The notes beneath the pieces are model-generated. The model saw only the letters and a list, made by a program, of their open reading frames with translations, did no database searches and had not been told where the DNA came from. A stretch of 64,000 nt of DNA from Eledone cirrhosa. Lineage: Eukaryota. Where the stretch lies: contig OZ024752.1 of NCBI GenBank assembly GCA_964016885.1, forward strand, positions 17,918,001-17,982,000, given 5' to 3'. Shown in pieces: positions 1-15,000 of this stretch; positions within the stretch are counted from its first letter, which is position 1, and the number at the start of each line of letters is the position of its first letter. A program made the position numbers and the translations under genes.

Positions 1-3000
1 TAACTCCGTCTTATATGGTGTACAACTCCACCATTCTAATTCCTTCTTATATGGTCTACAACACCACCATTCTAATTCCTTGTTATATGGTCTACAACTC
101 CACCATTCTAACTCCTTCTTATATGGTCTACAACTCCACCATTCTAACTCCTTCTTATATGGTGTACAACTCCACCATTCTAATTCCTTCTTATATGGTC
201 TAGAACTCCACCATTCTAACTCCTTCTTATATGGTGTACAACTCCACCATTCTAATTCCTTCTTATATGGTCTACAACTCCACTATTCTAACTCCTTCTT
301 ATATGGTCTACAACTCCACCATTCTAATTCCTTCTTATATGGTCTACAACTCCACCATTCTAACTCCTTCATATATGGTCTACAACCCTACCATTCTAAC
401 TCCTTCTTATATGGTGTGCAACTCCACCATTCTAATTCCTTCTTATATGGTCTACAACTCCACCATTCTAACTCCTTCTTATATGTTCTACAACTCCACA
501 ATTCTAACTCCTTCTTATATGGTCTACAACTCCACCATTCTAATTCCTTCTTATATGGTCTACAACTCCACCATTCTAATTCCTTCTTATATGGTGTACA
601 ACTCCACCATTCTAACTCCTTCATATATGGTCTACAACTCCACCATTCTAACTCCTTCTTATATGATGTACAACTCCACCATTCTAATTCCTTCTTATAT
701 GGTCTACAACTCCACTATTCTAACTCCTTCTTATATGGTGTACAACTCCACCATTCTAACTCCTTCTTATATGGTCTACAACTCCACAATTCTAACTCCT
801 TCTTATATGGTCTACAACTCCACCATTCTAATTCCTTCTTATATGGTCTACAACTCCACCATTCTAATTCCTTCTTATATGGTGTACAACTCCACCATTC
901 TAACTCCTTCGTATAATGTCTACAATCCACCATTCTAACTCCTTCTTATATGGTGTACAACTCCACCATTCTAATTGCTTCTTATATGGTCTACAACTCC
1001 ACCATTCTAACTCTTTCTTATATGGTCTACAACTCCACCATTCTAACTCCTTCTTATATGGTCTACAACTCCACCATTCTAACTCCTTCGTATATGGTCT
1101 ACAACTCCACCATTCTAACTCCTTATATGGTCTACAACTCCACCATTCTAACTCCGTCTTATATGGTGTACAACTCCACCATTCTAATTCCTTCTTATAT
1201 GGTCTACAACTCCACCATTCTAACTCCTTCATATATGGTATACAACTCCACCATTCTAACTCCTTCTTATATGGTCTACAACTCCACCATTCTAATTCCT
1301 TCTTATATGGTCTACAACTCCACCATTCTAACTCCTTCTTATATGGTGTACAGCTCCACCATTCTAACTCCTTCTTATATGGTCTACAACTCCACCATTC
1401 TAACTCTTCCTTATATGGTCTACAACTCCACCATTCTAATTCCTTCTTATATGATCTACAACTCCACCATTCTAACTCCTTCATATATGGTCTACAACTC
1501 CACCATTCTAACTCTTTCTTATATGGTGTACAACTCCACCATTCTAACTCTTTCTTATATGGTCTACAACTCCACCATTCTAACTCATTCTTATATGGTC
1601 TACAACTCCACCATTCTAACTCCTTCTTATATGGTCTACAACTCCACCATTCTAACTCCTTCTTATATGGTGTACAACTCCACCATTCTAATTGCTTCTT
1701 ATATGGTCTACAACTCCACCATTCTAACTCTTTCTTATATGGTGTACAACTCCACCATTCTAACTCCTTCTTATATGGTCTACAACTCCACCATTCTAAC
1801 TCCTTCGTATATGGTCTACAACTCCACCATTCTAACTCCTTATATGGTCTACAATTCCACCATTCTAACTCCGTCTTATATGGTGTACAACTCCACCATT
1901 CTAATTCCTTCTTATATGATCTACAACTCCACCATTCTAACTCCTTCATATATGGTCTACAACTCCACCATTCTAACTCCTTCTTATATGGTGTACAACT
2001 CCACCATTCTAATTCCTTCTTATATGGTCTACAACTCCACTATTCTAACTCCTTCTTATATGGTCTACAACTCCACCATTCTAATTCCTTCTTATATGGT
2101 CTACAACTCCACCATTCTAACTCCTTCATATATGGTCTACAACTCTACCATTCTAACTCCTTCTTATATGGTGTGCAACTCCACCATTCTAATTCCTTCT
2201 TATATGGTCTACAACTCCACCATTCTAACTCCTTCTTATATGTTCTACAACTCCACAATTCTAACTCCTTCTTATATGGTCTACAACTCCACCATTCTAA
2301 TTCCTTCTTATATGGTCTACAACTCCACCATTATAATTCCTTCTCATATAGTGTACAACTCCACCATTCTAACTCTTTCATATATGGTCTACAACTCCAC
2401 CATTCTAACTCCTTCTTATATGGTGTACAACTCCACCATTCTAATTCCTTCTTATATGGTCTACAACTCCACCATTCTAACTCTTTCTTATATGGTCTAC
2501 AACTCCACCATTCTAACTCCTTCTTATATGGTCTACAACTCCGCCATTCTAACTCCTTCGTATATGGTCTACAACTCCACCATTCTAACTCCTTATATGG
2601 TCTACAACTCCACCATTCTAACTCCGTCTTATATGGTGTACAACTCCACCATTCTAATTCCTTCTTATATGGTCTACAACACCACCATTCTAATTCCTTC
2701 TTATATGGTCTACAACTCCACCATTCTAACTCCTTCTTATATGGTCTACAACTCCACCATTCTAACTCCTTCTTATATGGTGTACAACTCCACCATTCTA
2801 ATTCCTTCTTATATGGTCTACAACTCCACCATTCTAACTCCTTCTTATATGGTGTACAACTCCACCATTCTAATTCCTTCTTATATGGTCTACAACTCCA
2901 CTATTCTAACTCCTTCTTATATGGTCTACAACTCCACCATTCTAATTCCTTCTTATATGGTCTACAACTCCACCATTCTAACTCCTTCATATATGGTCTA

Positions 3001-6000
3001 CAACTCTACCATTCTAACTCCTTCTTATATGGTGTGCAACTCCACCATTCTAATTCCTTCTTATATGGTCTACAACTCCACCATTCTAACTCCTTCTTAT
3101 ATGTTCTACAACTCCACAATTCTAACTCCTTCTTATATGGTCTACAACTCCACCATTCTAATTCCTTCTTATATGGTCTACAACTCCACCATTCTAATTC
3201 CTTCTTATATGGTGTACAACTCCACCATTCTAACTCCTTCATATATGGTCTACAACTCCACCATTCTAACTCCTTCTTATATGATGTACAACTCCACCAT
3301 TCTAATTCCTTCTTATATGGTCTACAACTCCACTATTCTAACTCCTTCTTATATGGTGTACAACTCCACCATTCTAATTCCTTCTTATATGGTCTACAAC
3401 TCCACTATTCTAACTCCTTCTTATATGGTCTACAACTCCACCATTCTAACTCCTTCGTATATGGTCTACAACTCCACCATTCTAACTCCTTATATGGTCT
3501 ACAACTCCACCATTCTAACTCCGTCTTATATGGTGTACAACTCCACCATTCTAATTCCTTCTTATATGGTCTACAACTCCACCATTCTAACTCCTTCATA
3601 TATGGTCTACAACTCCACCATTCTAACTCCTTCTTATATGGTCTACAACTCCACCATTCTAACTCTTCTTATATGGTGTACAACTCCACCATTCTAACTC
3701 CTTCTTATATGGTCTACAACTCCACCATTCTAACTCATTCTTATATGGTCTACAACTCCACCATTCTAACTCCTTCTTATATGGTCTACAACTCCACCAT
3801 TCTAACTCCTTCTTATATGGTCTACAACTCTACCATTCTAACTCCTTCTTATATAGTGTACAACTCCACCATTCTAACTCCTTCTTATATGGTGTACAAC
3901 TCCACCATTCTAACTCCTTCTTATATGGTCTACAACTCCACAATTCTAACTCCTTCTTATATGGTCTACAACTCCACCATTCTAATTCCTTCTTATATGG
4001 TCTACAACTCCACCATTCTAATTCCTTCTTATATGGTGTACAACTCCACCATTGAAACTCCTTCATATATGGTCTACAACTCCACCAGTCTAACTCCTTC
4101 TTATATGGTGTACAACTCCACCATTCTAATTGCTTCTTATATTGTCTACAACTCCACCATTCTAACTCTTTCTTATATGGTCTACAACTCCACCATTCTA
4201 ACTCCTTCTTATATGGTCTACAACTCCACCATTCTAACTCCTTCGTATATGGTCTACAACTCCACCATTCTAACTCCTTATATGGTCTACAACTCCACCA
4301 TTCTTACTCCGTCTTATATGGTGTACAACTCCACCATTCTAATTCCTTCTTATATGGTCTACAACTCCACCATTCTAACTCCTTCTTATATGGTGTACAA
4401 CTCCACCATTCTAACTCCTTCTTATATGGTCTACAACTCCACCATTCTAACTCCTTCTTATATGGTCTACAACTCCACCATTCTAACTCCTTCTTATATG
4501 GTCTACAACTCCACCATTCTAATTCCTTCTTATATGGTCTACAACTCCACCATTCTAACTCCTTCTTATATGGTCTACAACTCCACCATTCTAACTCCTT
4601 CTTATATGGTCTACAACTCCACCATTCTAACTCCTTCTTATATGGTGTACAACTCCACCATTCTAATTCCTTCTTATATGGTCTACAACTCCACCATTCT
4701 AACTCCTTCTTATATGGTCTATAACTCAACCATTCTAATTCCTTCTTATATGGTCTACAACTCCACTATTCTAACTCCTTCTTATATGGTCTACAACTCC
4801 ACCATTCTAATTCCTTCTTATATGGTCTACAACTCCACCATTCTAACTCCTTCATATATGGTCTACAACTCTACCATTCTAACTCCTTCTTATATGGTGT
4901 GCAACTCCATCATTCTAATTCCTTCTTATATGGTCTACAACTCCACCATTCTAACTCCTTCATATATGGTCTACAACTCCACCATTCTAACTCCTTCTTA
5001 TATGGTCTACAACTCCACCATTCTAACTCTTCTTATATGGTGTACAACTCCACCATTCTAACTCCTTCTTATATGGTCTACAACTCCACCATTCTAACTC
5101 CTTATATGGTCTACAATTCCACCATTCTAACTCCGTCTTATATGGTGTACAACTCCACCATTCTAATTCCTTCTTATATGATCTACAACTCCACCATTCT
5201 AACTCCTTCATATATGGTCTACAACTCCACCATTCTAACTCCTTCTTATATGGTGTACAACTCCACCATTCTAATTCCTTCTTATATGGTCTACAACTCC
5301 ACTATTCTAACTCCTTCTTATATGGTCTACAACTCCACCATTCTAATTCCTTCTTATATGGTCTACAACTCCACCATTCTAACTCCTTCATATATGGTCT
5401 ACAACTCTACCATTCTAACTCCTTCTTATATGGTGTGCAACTCCACCATTCTAATTCCTTCTTATATGGTCTACAACTCCACCATTCTAACTCCTTCTTA
5501 TATGTTCTACAACTCCACAATTCTAACTCCTTCTTATATGGTCTACAACTCCACCATTCTAATTCCTTCTTATATGGTCTACAACTCCACCATTCTAATT
5601 CCTTCTCATATAGTGTACAACTCCACCATTCTAACTCTTTCATATATGGTCTACAACTCCACCATTCTAACTCCTTCTTATATGGTGTACAACTCCACCA
5701 TTCTAATTCCTTCTTATATGGTCTACAACTCCACCATTCTAACTCTTTCTTATATGGTCTACAACTCCACCATTCTAACTCCTTCTTATATGGTCTACAA
5801 CTCCGCCATTCTAACTCCTTCGTATATGGTCTACAACTCCACCATTCTAACTCCTTATATGGTCTACAACTCCACCATTCTAACTCCGTCTTATATGGTG
5901 TACAACTCCACCATTCTAATTCCTTCTTATATGGTCTACAACACCACCATTCTAATTCCTTCTTATATGGTCTACAACTCCACCATTCTAACTCCTTCTT

Positions 6001-9000
6001 ATATGGTCTACAACTCCACCATTCTAACTCCTTCTTATATGGTGTACAACTCCACCATTCTAATTCCTTCTTATATGGTCTACAACTCCACCATTCTAAC
6101 TCCTTCTTATATGGTGTACAACTCCACCATTCTAATTCCTTCTTATATGGTCTACAACTCCACTATTCTAACTCCTTCTTATATGGTCTACAACTCCACC
6201 ATTCTAATTCCTTCTTATATGGTCTACAACTCCACCATTCTAACTCCTTCATATATGGTCTACAACTCTACCATTCTAACTCCTTCTTATATGGTGTGCA
6301 ACTCCACCATTCTAATTCCTTCTTATATGGTCTACAACTCCACCATTCTAACTCCTTCTTATATGTTCTACAACTCCACAATTCTAACTCCTTCTTATAT
6401 GGTCTACAACTCCACCATTCTAATTCCTTCTTATATGGTCTACAACTCCACCATTCTAATTCCTTCTTATATGGTGTACAACTCCACCATTCTAACTCCT
6501 TCATATATGGTCTACAACTCCACCATTCTAACTCCTTCTTATATGATGTACAACTCCACCATTCTAATTCCTTCTTATATGGTCTACAACTCCACTATTC
6601 TAACTCCTTCTTATATGGTGTACAACTCCACCATTCTAATTCCTTCTTATATGGTCTACAACTCCACTATTCTAACTCCTTCTTATATGGTCTACAACTC
6701 CACCATTCTAACTCCTTCGTATATGGTCTACAACTCCACCATTCTAACTCCTTATATGGTCTACAACTCCACCATTCTAACTCCGTCTTATATGGTGTAC
6801 AACTCCACCATTCTAATTCCTTCTTATATGGTCTACAACACCACCATTCTAATTCCTTCTTATATGGTCTACAACTCCACCATTCTAACTCCTTCATATA
6901 TGGTCTACAACTCCACCATTCTAACTCCTTCTTATATGGTCTACAACTCCACCATTCTAACTCTTCTTATATGGTGTACAACTCCACCATTCTAACTCCT
7001 TCTTATATGGTCTACAACTCCACCATTCTAACTCATTCTTATATGGTCTACAACTCCACCATTCTAACTCCTTCTTATATGGTCTACAACTCCACCATTC
7101 TAACTCCTTCTTATATGGTCTACAACTCTACCATTCTAACTCCTTCTTATATAGTGTACAACTCCACCATTCTAACTCCTTCTTATATGGTGTACAACTC
7201 CACCATTCTAACTCCTTCTTATATGGTCTACAACTCCACAATTCTAACTCCTTCTTATATGGTCTACAACTCCACCATTCTAATTCCTTCTTATATGGTC
7301 TACAACTCCACCATTCTAACTGCTTCTTATATGGTCTACAACTCCGCCATTCTAACTCCTTCGTATATGGTCTACAACTCCACCATTCTAACTCCTTATA
7401 TGGTCTACAACTCCACCATTCTAACTCCGTCTTATATGGTGTACAACTCCACCATTCTAATTCCTTCTTATATGGTCTACAACACCACCATTCTAATTCC
7501 TTCTTATATGGTCTACAACTCCACCATTCTAACTCCTTCTTATATGGTCTACAACTCCACCATTCTAACTCCTTCTTATATGGTGTACAACTCCACCATT
7601 CTAATTCCTTCTTATATGGTCTACAACTCCACCATTCTAACTCCTTCTTATATGGTGTACAACTCCACCATTCTAATTCCTTCTTATATGGTCTACAACT
7701 CCACTATTCTAACTCCTTCTTATATGGTCTACAACTCCACCATTCTAATTCCTTCTTATATGGTCTACAACTCCACCATTCTAACTCCTTCATATATGGT
7801 CTACAACTCTACCATTCTAACTCCTTCTTATATGGTGTGCAACTCCACCATTCTAATTCCTTCTTATATGGTCTACAACTCCACAATTCTAACTCCTTCT
7901 TATATGGTCTACAACTCCACCATTCTAATTCCTTCTTATATGGTCTACAACTCCACCATTCTAATTCCTTCTTATATGGTGTACAACTCCACCATTCTAA
8001 CTCCTTCATATATGGTCTACAACTCCACCATTCTAACTCCTTCTTATATGATGTACAACTCCACCATTCTAATTCCTTCTTATATGGTCTACAACTCCAC
8101 TATTCTAACTCCTTCTTATATGGTGTACAACTCCACCATTCTAATTCCTTCTTATATGGTCTACAACTCCACTATTCTAACTCCTTCTTATATGGTCTAC
8201 AACTCCACCATTCTAACTCCTTCGTATATGGTCTACAACTCCACCATTCTAACTCCTTATATGGTCTACAACTCCACCATTCTAACTCCGTCTTATATGG
8301 TGTACAACTCCACCATTCTAATTCCTTCTTATATGGTCTACAACTCCACCATTCTAACTCCTTCATATATGGTCTACAACTCCACCATTCTAACTCCTTC
8401 TTATATGGTCTACAACTCCACCATTCTAACTCTTCTTATATGGTGTACAACTCCACCATTCTAACTCCTTCTTATATGGTCTACAACTCCACCATTCTAA
8501 CTCATTCTTATATGGTCTACAACTCCACCATTCTAACTCCTTCTTATATGGTCTACAACTCCACCATTCTAACTCCTTCTTATATGGTCTACAACTCTAC
8601 CATTCTAACTCCTTCTTATATAGTGTACAACTCCACCATTCTAACTCCTTCTTATATGGTGTACAACTCCACCATTCTAACTCCTTCTTATATGGTCTAC
8701 AACTCCACAATTCTAACTCCTTCTTATATGGTCTACAACTCCACCATTCTAATTCCTTCTTATATGGTCTACAACTCCACCATTCTAATTCCTTCTTATA
8801 TGGTGTACAACTCCACCATTGAAACTCCTTCATATATGGTCTACAACTCCACCATTCTAACTCCTTCTTATATGGTGTACAACTCCACCATTCTAATTGC
8901 TTCTTATATTGTCTACAACTCCACCATTCTAACTCTTTCTTATATGGTCTACAACTCCACCATTCTAACTCCTTCTTATATGGTCTACAACTCCACCATT

Positions 9001-12000
9001 CTAACTCCTTCGTATATGGTCTACAACTCCACCATTCTAACTCCTTATATGGTCTACAACTCCACCATTCTTACTCCGTCTTATATGGTGTACAACTCCA
9101 CCATTCTAATTCCTTCTTATATGGTCTACAACTCCACCATTCTAACTCCTTCATATATGGTCTACAACTCCACCATTCTAACTCCTTCTTATATGGTCTA
9201 CAACTCCACCATTCTAACTCTTTCTTATATGGTGTACAACTCCACCATTCTAACTCTTTCTTATATGGTCTACAACTCCACCATTCTAACTCATTCTCAT
9301 ATGGTCTACAACTCCACCATTCTAACTCCTTCTTATATGGTCTACAACTCCACCATTCTAACTCCTTCTTATATGGTGTACAACTCCATCATTCTAACTC
9401 CTTCTTATATGGTCTACAACTCCACCATTCTAACTCCTTCTTATATGGTCTACAACTCCACCATTCTAACTCCTTCTTATATGGTCTACAACTCCACCAT
9501 TCTAATTCCTTCTTATATGGTCTACAACTCCACCATTCTAACTCCTTCTTATATGGTGTACAACTCCACCATTCTAATTCCTTCTCATATAGTGTACAAC
9601 TCCACCATTCTAACTCTTTCATATATGGTCTACAACTCCACCATTCTAACTCCTTCTTATATGGTCTACAACTCCACCATTCTAACTCCTTATATGGTCT
9701 ACAATTCCACCATTCTAACTCCGTCTTATATGGTGTACAACTCCACCATTCTAATTCCTTCTTATATGATCTACAACTCCACCATTCTAACTCCTTCATA
9801 TATGGTCTACAACTCCACCATTCTAACTCCTTCTTATATGGTGTACAACTCCACCATTCTAATTCCTTCTTATATGGTCTACAACTCCACTATTCTAACT
9901 CCTTCTTATATGGTCTACAACTCCACCATTCTAATTCCTTCTTATATGGTCTACAACTCCACCATTCTAACTCCTTCATATATGGTCTACAACTCTACCA
10001 TTCTAACTCCTTCTTATATGGTGTGCAACTCCACCATTCTAATTCCTTCTTATATGGTCTACAACTCCACCATTCTAACTCCTTCTTATATGTTCTACAA
10101 CTCCACAATTCTAACTCCTTCTTATATGGTCTACAACTCCACCATTCTAATTCCTTCTTATATGGTCTACAACTCCACCATTCTAATTCCTTCTCATATA
10201 GTGTACAACTCCACCATTCTAACTCTTTCATATATGGTCTACAACTCCACCATTCTAACTCCTTCTTATATGGTGTACAACTCCACCATTCTAATTCCTT
10301 CTTATATGGTCTACAACTCCACCATTCTAACTCTTTCTTATATGGTCTACAACTCCACCATTCTAACTCCTTCTTATATGGTCTACAACTCCGCCATTCT
10401 AACTCCTTCGTATATGGTCTACAACTCCACCATTCTAACTCCTTATATGGTCTACAACTCCACCATTCTAACTCCGTCTTATATGGTGTACAACTCCACC
10501 ATTCTAATTCCTTCTTATATGGTCTACAACACCACCATTCTAATTCCTTCTTATATGGTCTACAACTCCACCATTCTAACTCCTTCTTATATGGTCTACA
10601 ACTCCACCATTCTAACTCCTTCTTATATGGTGTACAACTCCACCATTCTAATTCCTTCTTATATGGTCTACAACTCCACCATTCTAACTCCTTCTTATAT
10701 GGTGTACAACTCCACCATTCTAATTCCTTCTTATATGGTCTACAACTCCACTATTCTAACTCCTTCTTATATGGTCTACAACTCCACCATTCTAATTCCT
10801 TCTTATATGGTCTACAACTCCACCATTCTAACTCCTTCATATATGGTCTACAACTCTACCATTCTAACTCCTTCTTATATGGTGTGCAACTCCACCATTC
10901 TAATTCCTTCTTATATGGTCTACAACTCCACCATTCTAACTCCTTCTTATATGTTCTACAACTCCACAATTCTAACTCCTTCTTATATGGTCTACAACTC
11001 CACCATTCTAATTCCTTCTTATATGGTCTACAACTCCACCATTCTAATTCCTTCTTATATGGTGTACAACTCCACCATTCTAACTCCTTCATATATGGTC
11101 TACAACTCCACCATTCTAACTCCTTCTTATATGATGTACAACTCCACCATTCTAATTCCTTCTTATATGGTCTACAACTCCACTATTCTAACTCCTTCTT
11201 ATATGGTGTACAACTCCACCATTCTAATTCCTTCTTATATGGTCTACAACTCCACTATTCTAACTCCTTCTTATATGGTCTACAACTCCACCATTCTAAC
11301 TCCTTCGTATATGGTCTACAACTCCACCATTCTAACTCCTTATATGGTCTACAACTCCACCATTCTAACTCCGTCTTATATGGTGTACAACTCCACCATT
11401 CTAATTCCTTCTTATATGGTCTACAACACCACCATTCTAATTCCTTCTTATATGGTCTACAACTCCACCATTCTAACTCCTTCATATATGGTCTACAACT
11501 CCACCATTCTAACTCCTTCTTATATGGTCTACAACTCCACCATTCTAACTCTTCTTATATGGTGTACAACTCCACCATTCTAACTCCTTCTTATATGGTC
11601 TACAACTCCACCATTCTAACTCATTCTTATATGGTCTACAACTCCACCATTCTAACTCCTTCTTATATGGTCTACAACTCCACCATTCTAACTCCTTCTT
11701 ATATGGTCTACAACTCTACCATTCTAACTCCTTCTTATATAGTGTACAACTCCACCATTCTAACTCCTTCTTATATGGTGTACAACTCCACCATTCTAAC
11801 TCCTTCTTATATGGTCTACAACTCCACAATTCTAACTCCTTCTTATATGGTCTACAACTCCACCATTCTAATTCCTTCTTATATGGTCTACAACTCCACC
11901 ATTCTAATTCCTTCTTATATGGTGTACAACTCCACCATTGAAACTCCTTCATATATGGTCTACAACTCCACCATTCTAACTCCTTCTTATATGGTGTACA

Positions 12001-15000
12001 ACTCCACCATTCTAATTGCTTCTTATATGGTCTACAACTCCACCATTCTAACTCTTTCTTATATGGTCTACAACTCCACCATTCTAACTCCTTCTTATAT
12101 GGTCTACAACTCCACCATTCTAACTCCTTCGTATATGGTCTACAACTCCACCATTCTAACTCCTTATATGGTCTACAACTCCACCATTCTAACTCCGTCT
12201 TATATGGTGTACAACTCCACCATTCTAATTCCTTCTTATATGGTCTACAACTCCACCATTCTAACTCCTTCATATATGGTCTACAACTCCACCATTCTAA
12301 CTCCTTCTTATATGGTCTACAACTCCACCATTCTAACTCTTTCTTATATGGTGTACAACTCCACCATTCTAACTCTTTCTTATATGGTCTACAACTCCAC
12401 CATTCTAACTCATTCTCATATGGTCTACAACTCCACCATTCTAACTCCTTCTTATATGGTCTACAACTCCACCATTCTAACTCCTTCTTATATGGTGTAC
12501 AACTCCATCATTCTAACTCCTTCTTATATGGTCTACAACTCCACCATTCTAACTCCTTCTTATATGGTCTACAACTCCACCATTCTAACTCCTTCTTATA
12601 TGGTCTACAACTCCACCATTCTAATTCCTTCTTATATGGTCTACAACTCCACCATTCTAACTCCTTCTTATATGGTGTACAACTCCACCATTCTAACTCC
12701 TTCTTATATGGTCTACAACTCCACCATTCTAACTCCTTCTTATATGGTCTACAACTCCACCATTCTAACTCCTTCTTATATGGTCTACAACTCCACCATT
12801 CTAACTCCTTCTTATATGGTCTACAACTCCACCATTCTAATTCCTTCTTATATGGTCTACAACTCCACCATTCTAACTCCTTCTTATATGGTGTACAACT
12901 CCACCATTCTAACTCCTTCTTATATGGTCTACAACTCCACCATTCTAACTCCTTCTTATATGGTGTACAACTCCACCATTCTAATTCCTTCTTATATGGT
13001 CTACAACTCCACCATTCTAACTCCTTCTTATATGGTCTATAACTCAACCATTCTAATTCCTTCTTATATGGTCTACAACTCCACTATTCTAACTCCTTCT
13101 TATATGGTCTACAACTCCACCATTCTAATTCCTTCTTATATGGTCTACAACTCCACCATTCTAACTCCTTCATATATGGTCTACAACTCTACCATTCTAA
13201 CTCCTTCTTATATGGTGTGCAACTCCATCATTCTAATTCCTTCTTATATGGTCTACAACTCCACCATTCTAACTCCTTCATATATGGTCTACAACTCCAC
13301 CATTCTAACTCCTTCTTATATGGTCTACAACTCCACCATTCTAACTCTTCTTATATGGTGTACAACTCCACCATTCTAACTCCTTCTTATATGGTCTACA
13401 ACTCCACCATTCTAACTCATTCTTATATGGTCTACAACTCCACCATTCTAACTCCTTCTTATATGGTCTACAACTCCACCATTCTAACTCCTTCTTATAT
13501 GGTCTACAACTCCACCATTCTAACTCCTTCTTATATAGTGTACAACTCAACCATTCTAACTCCTTCTTATATGGTGTACAACTCCACCATTCTAACTCCT
13601 TCTTATATGGTCTACAACTCCACAATTCTAACTCCTTCTTATATGGTCTACAACTCCACAATTCTAACTCCTTCTTATATGGTCTACAACTCCACCATTC
13701 TAATTCCTTCTTATATGGTCTACAACTCCACCATTCTAATTCCTTCTTATATGGTGTACAACTCCACCATTGAAACTCCTTCATATATGGTCTACAACTC
13801 CACCATTCTAACTCCTTCTTATATGGTGTACAACTCCACCATTCTAATTGCTTCTTATATGGTCTACAACTCCACCATTCTAACTCTTTCTTATATGGTC
13901 TACAACTCCACCATTCTAACTCCTTCTTATATGGTCTACAACTCCACCATTCTAACTCCTTCGTATATGGTCTACAACTCCACCATTCTAACTCCTTATA
14001 TGGTCTACAACTCCACCATTCTAACTCCGTCTTATATGGTGTACAACTCCACCATTCTAATTCCTTCTTATATGGTCTACAACTCCACCATTCTAACTCC
14101 TTCATATATGGTCTACAACTCCACCATTCTAACTCCTTCTTATATGGTCTACAACTCCACCATTCTAACTCTTTCTTATATGGTGTACAACTCCACCATT
14201 CTAACTCTTTCTTATATGGTCTACAACTCCACCATTCTAACTCATTCTCATATGGTCTACAACTCCACCATTCTAACTCCTTCTTATATGGTCTACAACT
14301 CCACCATTCTAACTCCTTCTTATATGGTGTACAACTCCATCATTCTAACTCCTTCTTATATGGTCTACAACTCCACCATTCTAACTCCTTCTTATATGGT
14401 CTACAACTCCACCATTCTAACTCCTTCTTATATGGTCTACAACTCCACCATTCTAATTCCTTCTTATATGGTCTACAACTCCACCATTCTAACTCCTTCT
14501 TATATGGTGTACAACTCCACCATTCTAACTCCTTCTTATATGGTCTACAACTCCACCATTCTAACTCCTTCTTATATGGTCTACAACTCCACCATTCTAA
14601 CTCCTTCTTATATGGTCTACAACTCCACCATTCTAACTCCTTCTTATATGGTCTACAACTCCACCATTCTAATTCCTTCTTATATGGTCTACAACTCCAC
14701 CATTCTAACTCCTTCTTATATGGTGTACAACTCCACCATTCTAACTCCTTCTTATATGGTCTACAACTCCACCATTCTAACTCCTTCTTATATGGTGTAC
14801 AACTCCACCATTCTAATTCCTTCTTATATGGTCTACAACTCCACCATTCTAACTCCTTCTTATATGGTCTATAACTCAACCATTCTAATTCCTTCTTATA
14901 TGGTCTACAACTCCACTATTCTAACTCCTTCTTATATGGTCTACAACTCCACCATTCTAATTCCTTCTTATATGGTCTACAACTCCACCATTCTAACTCC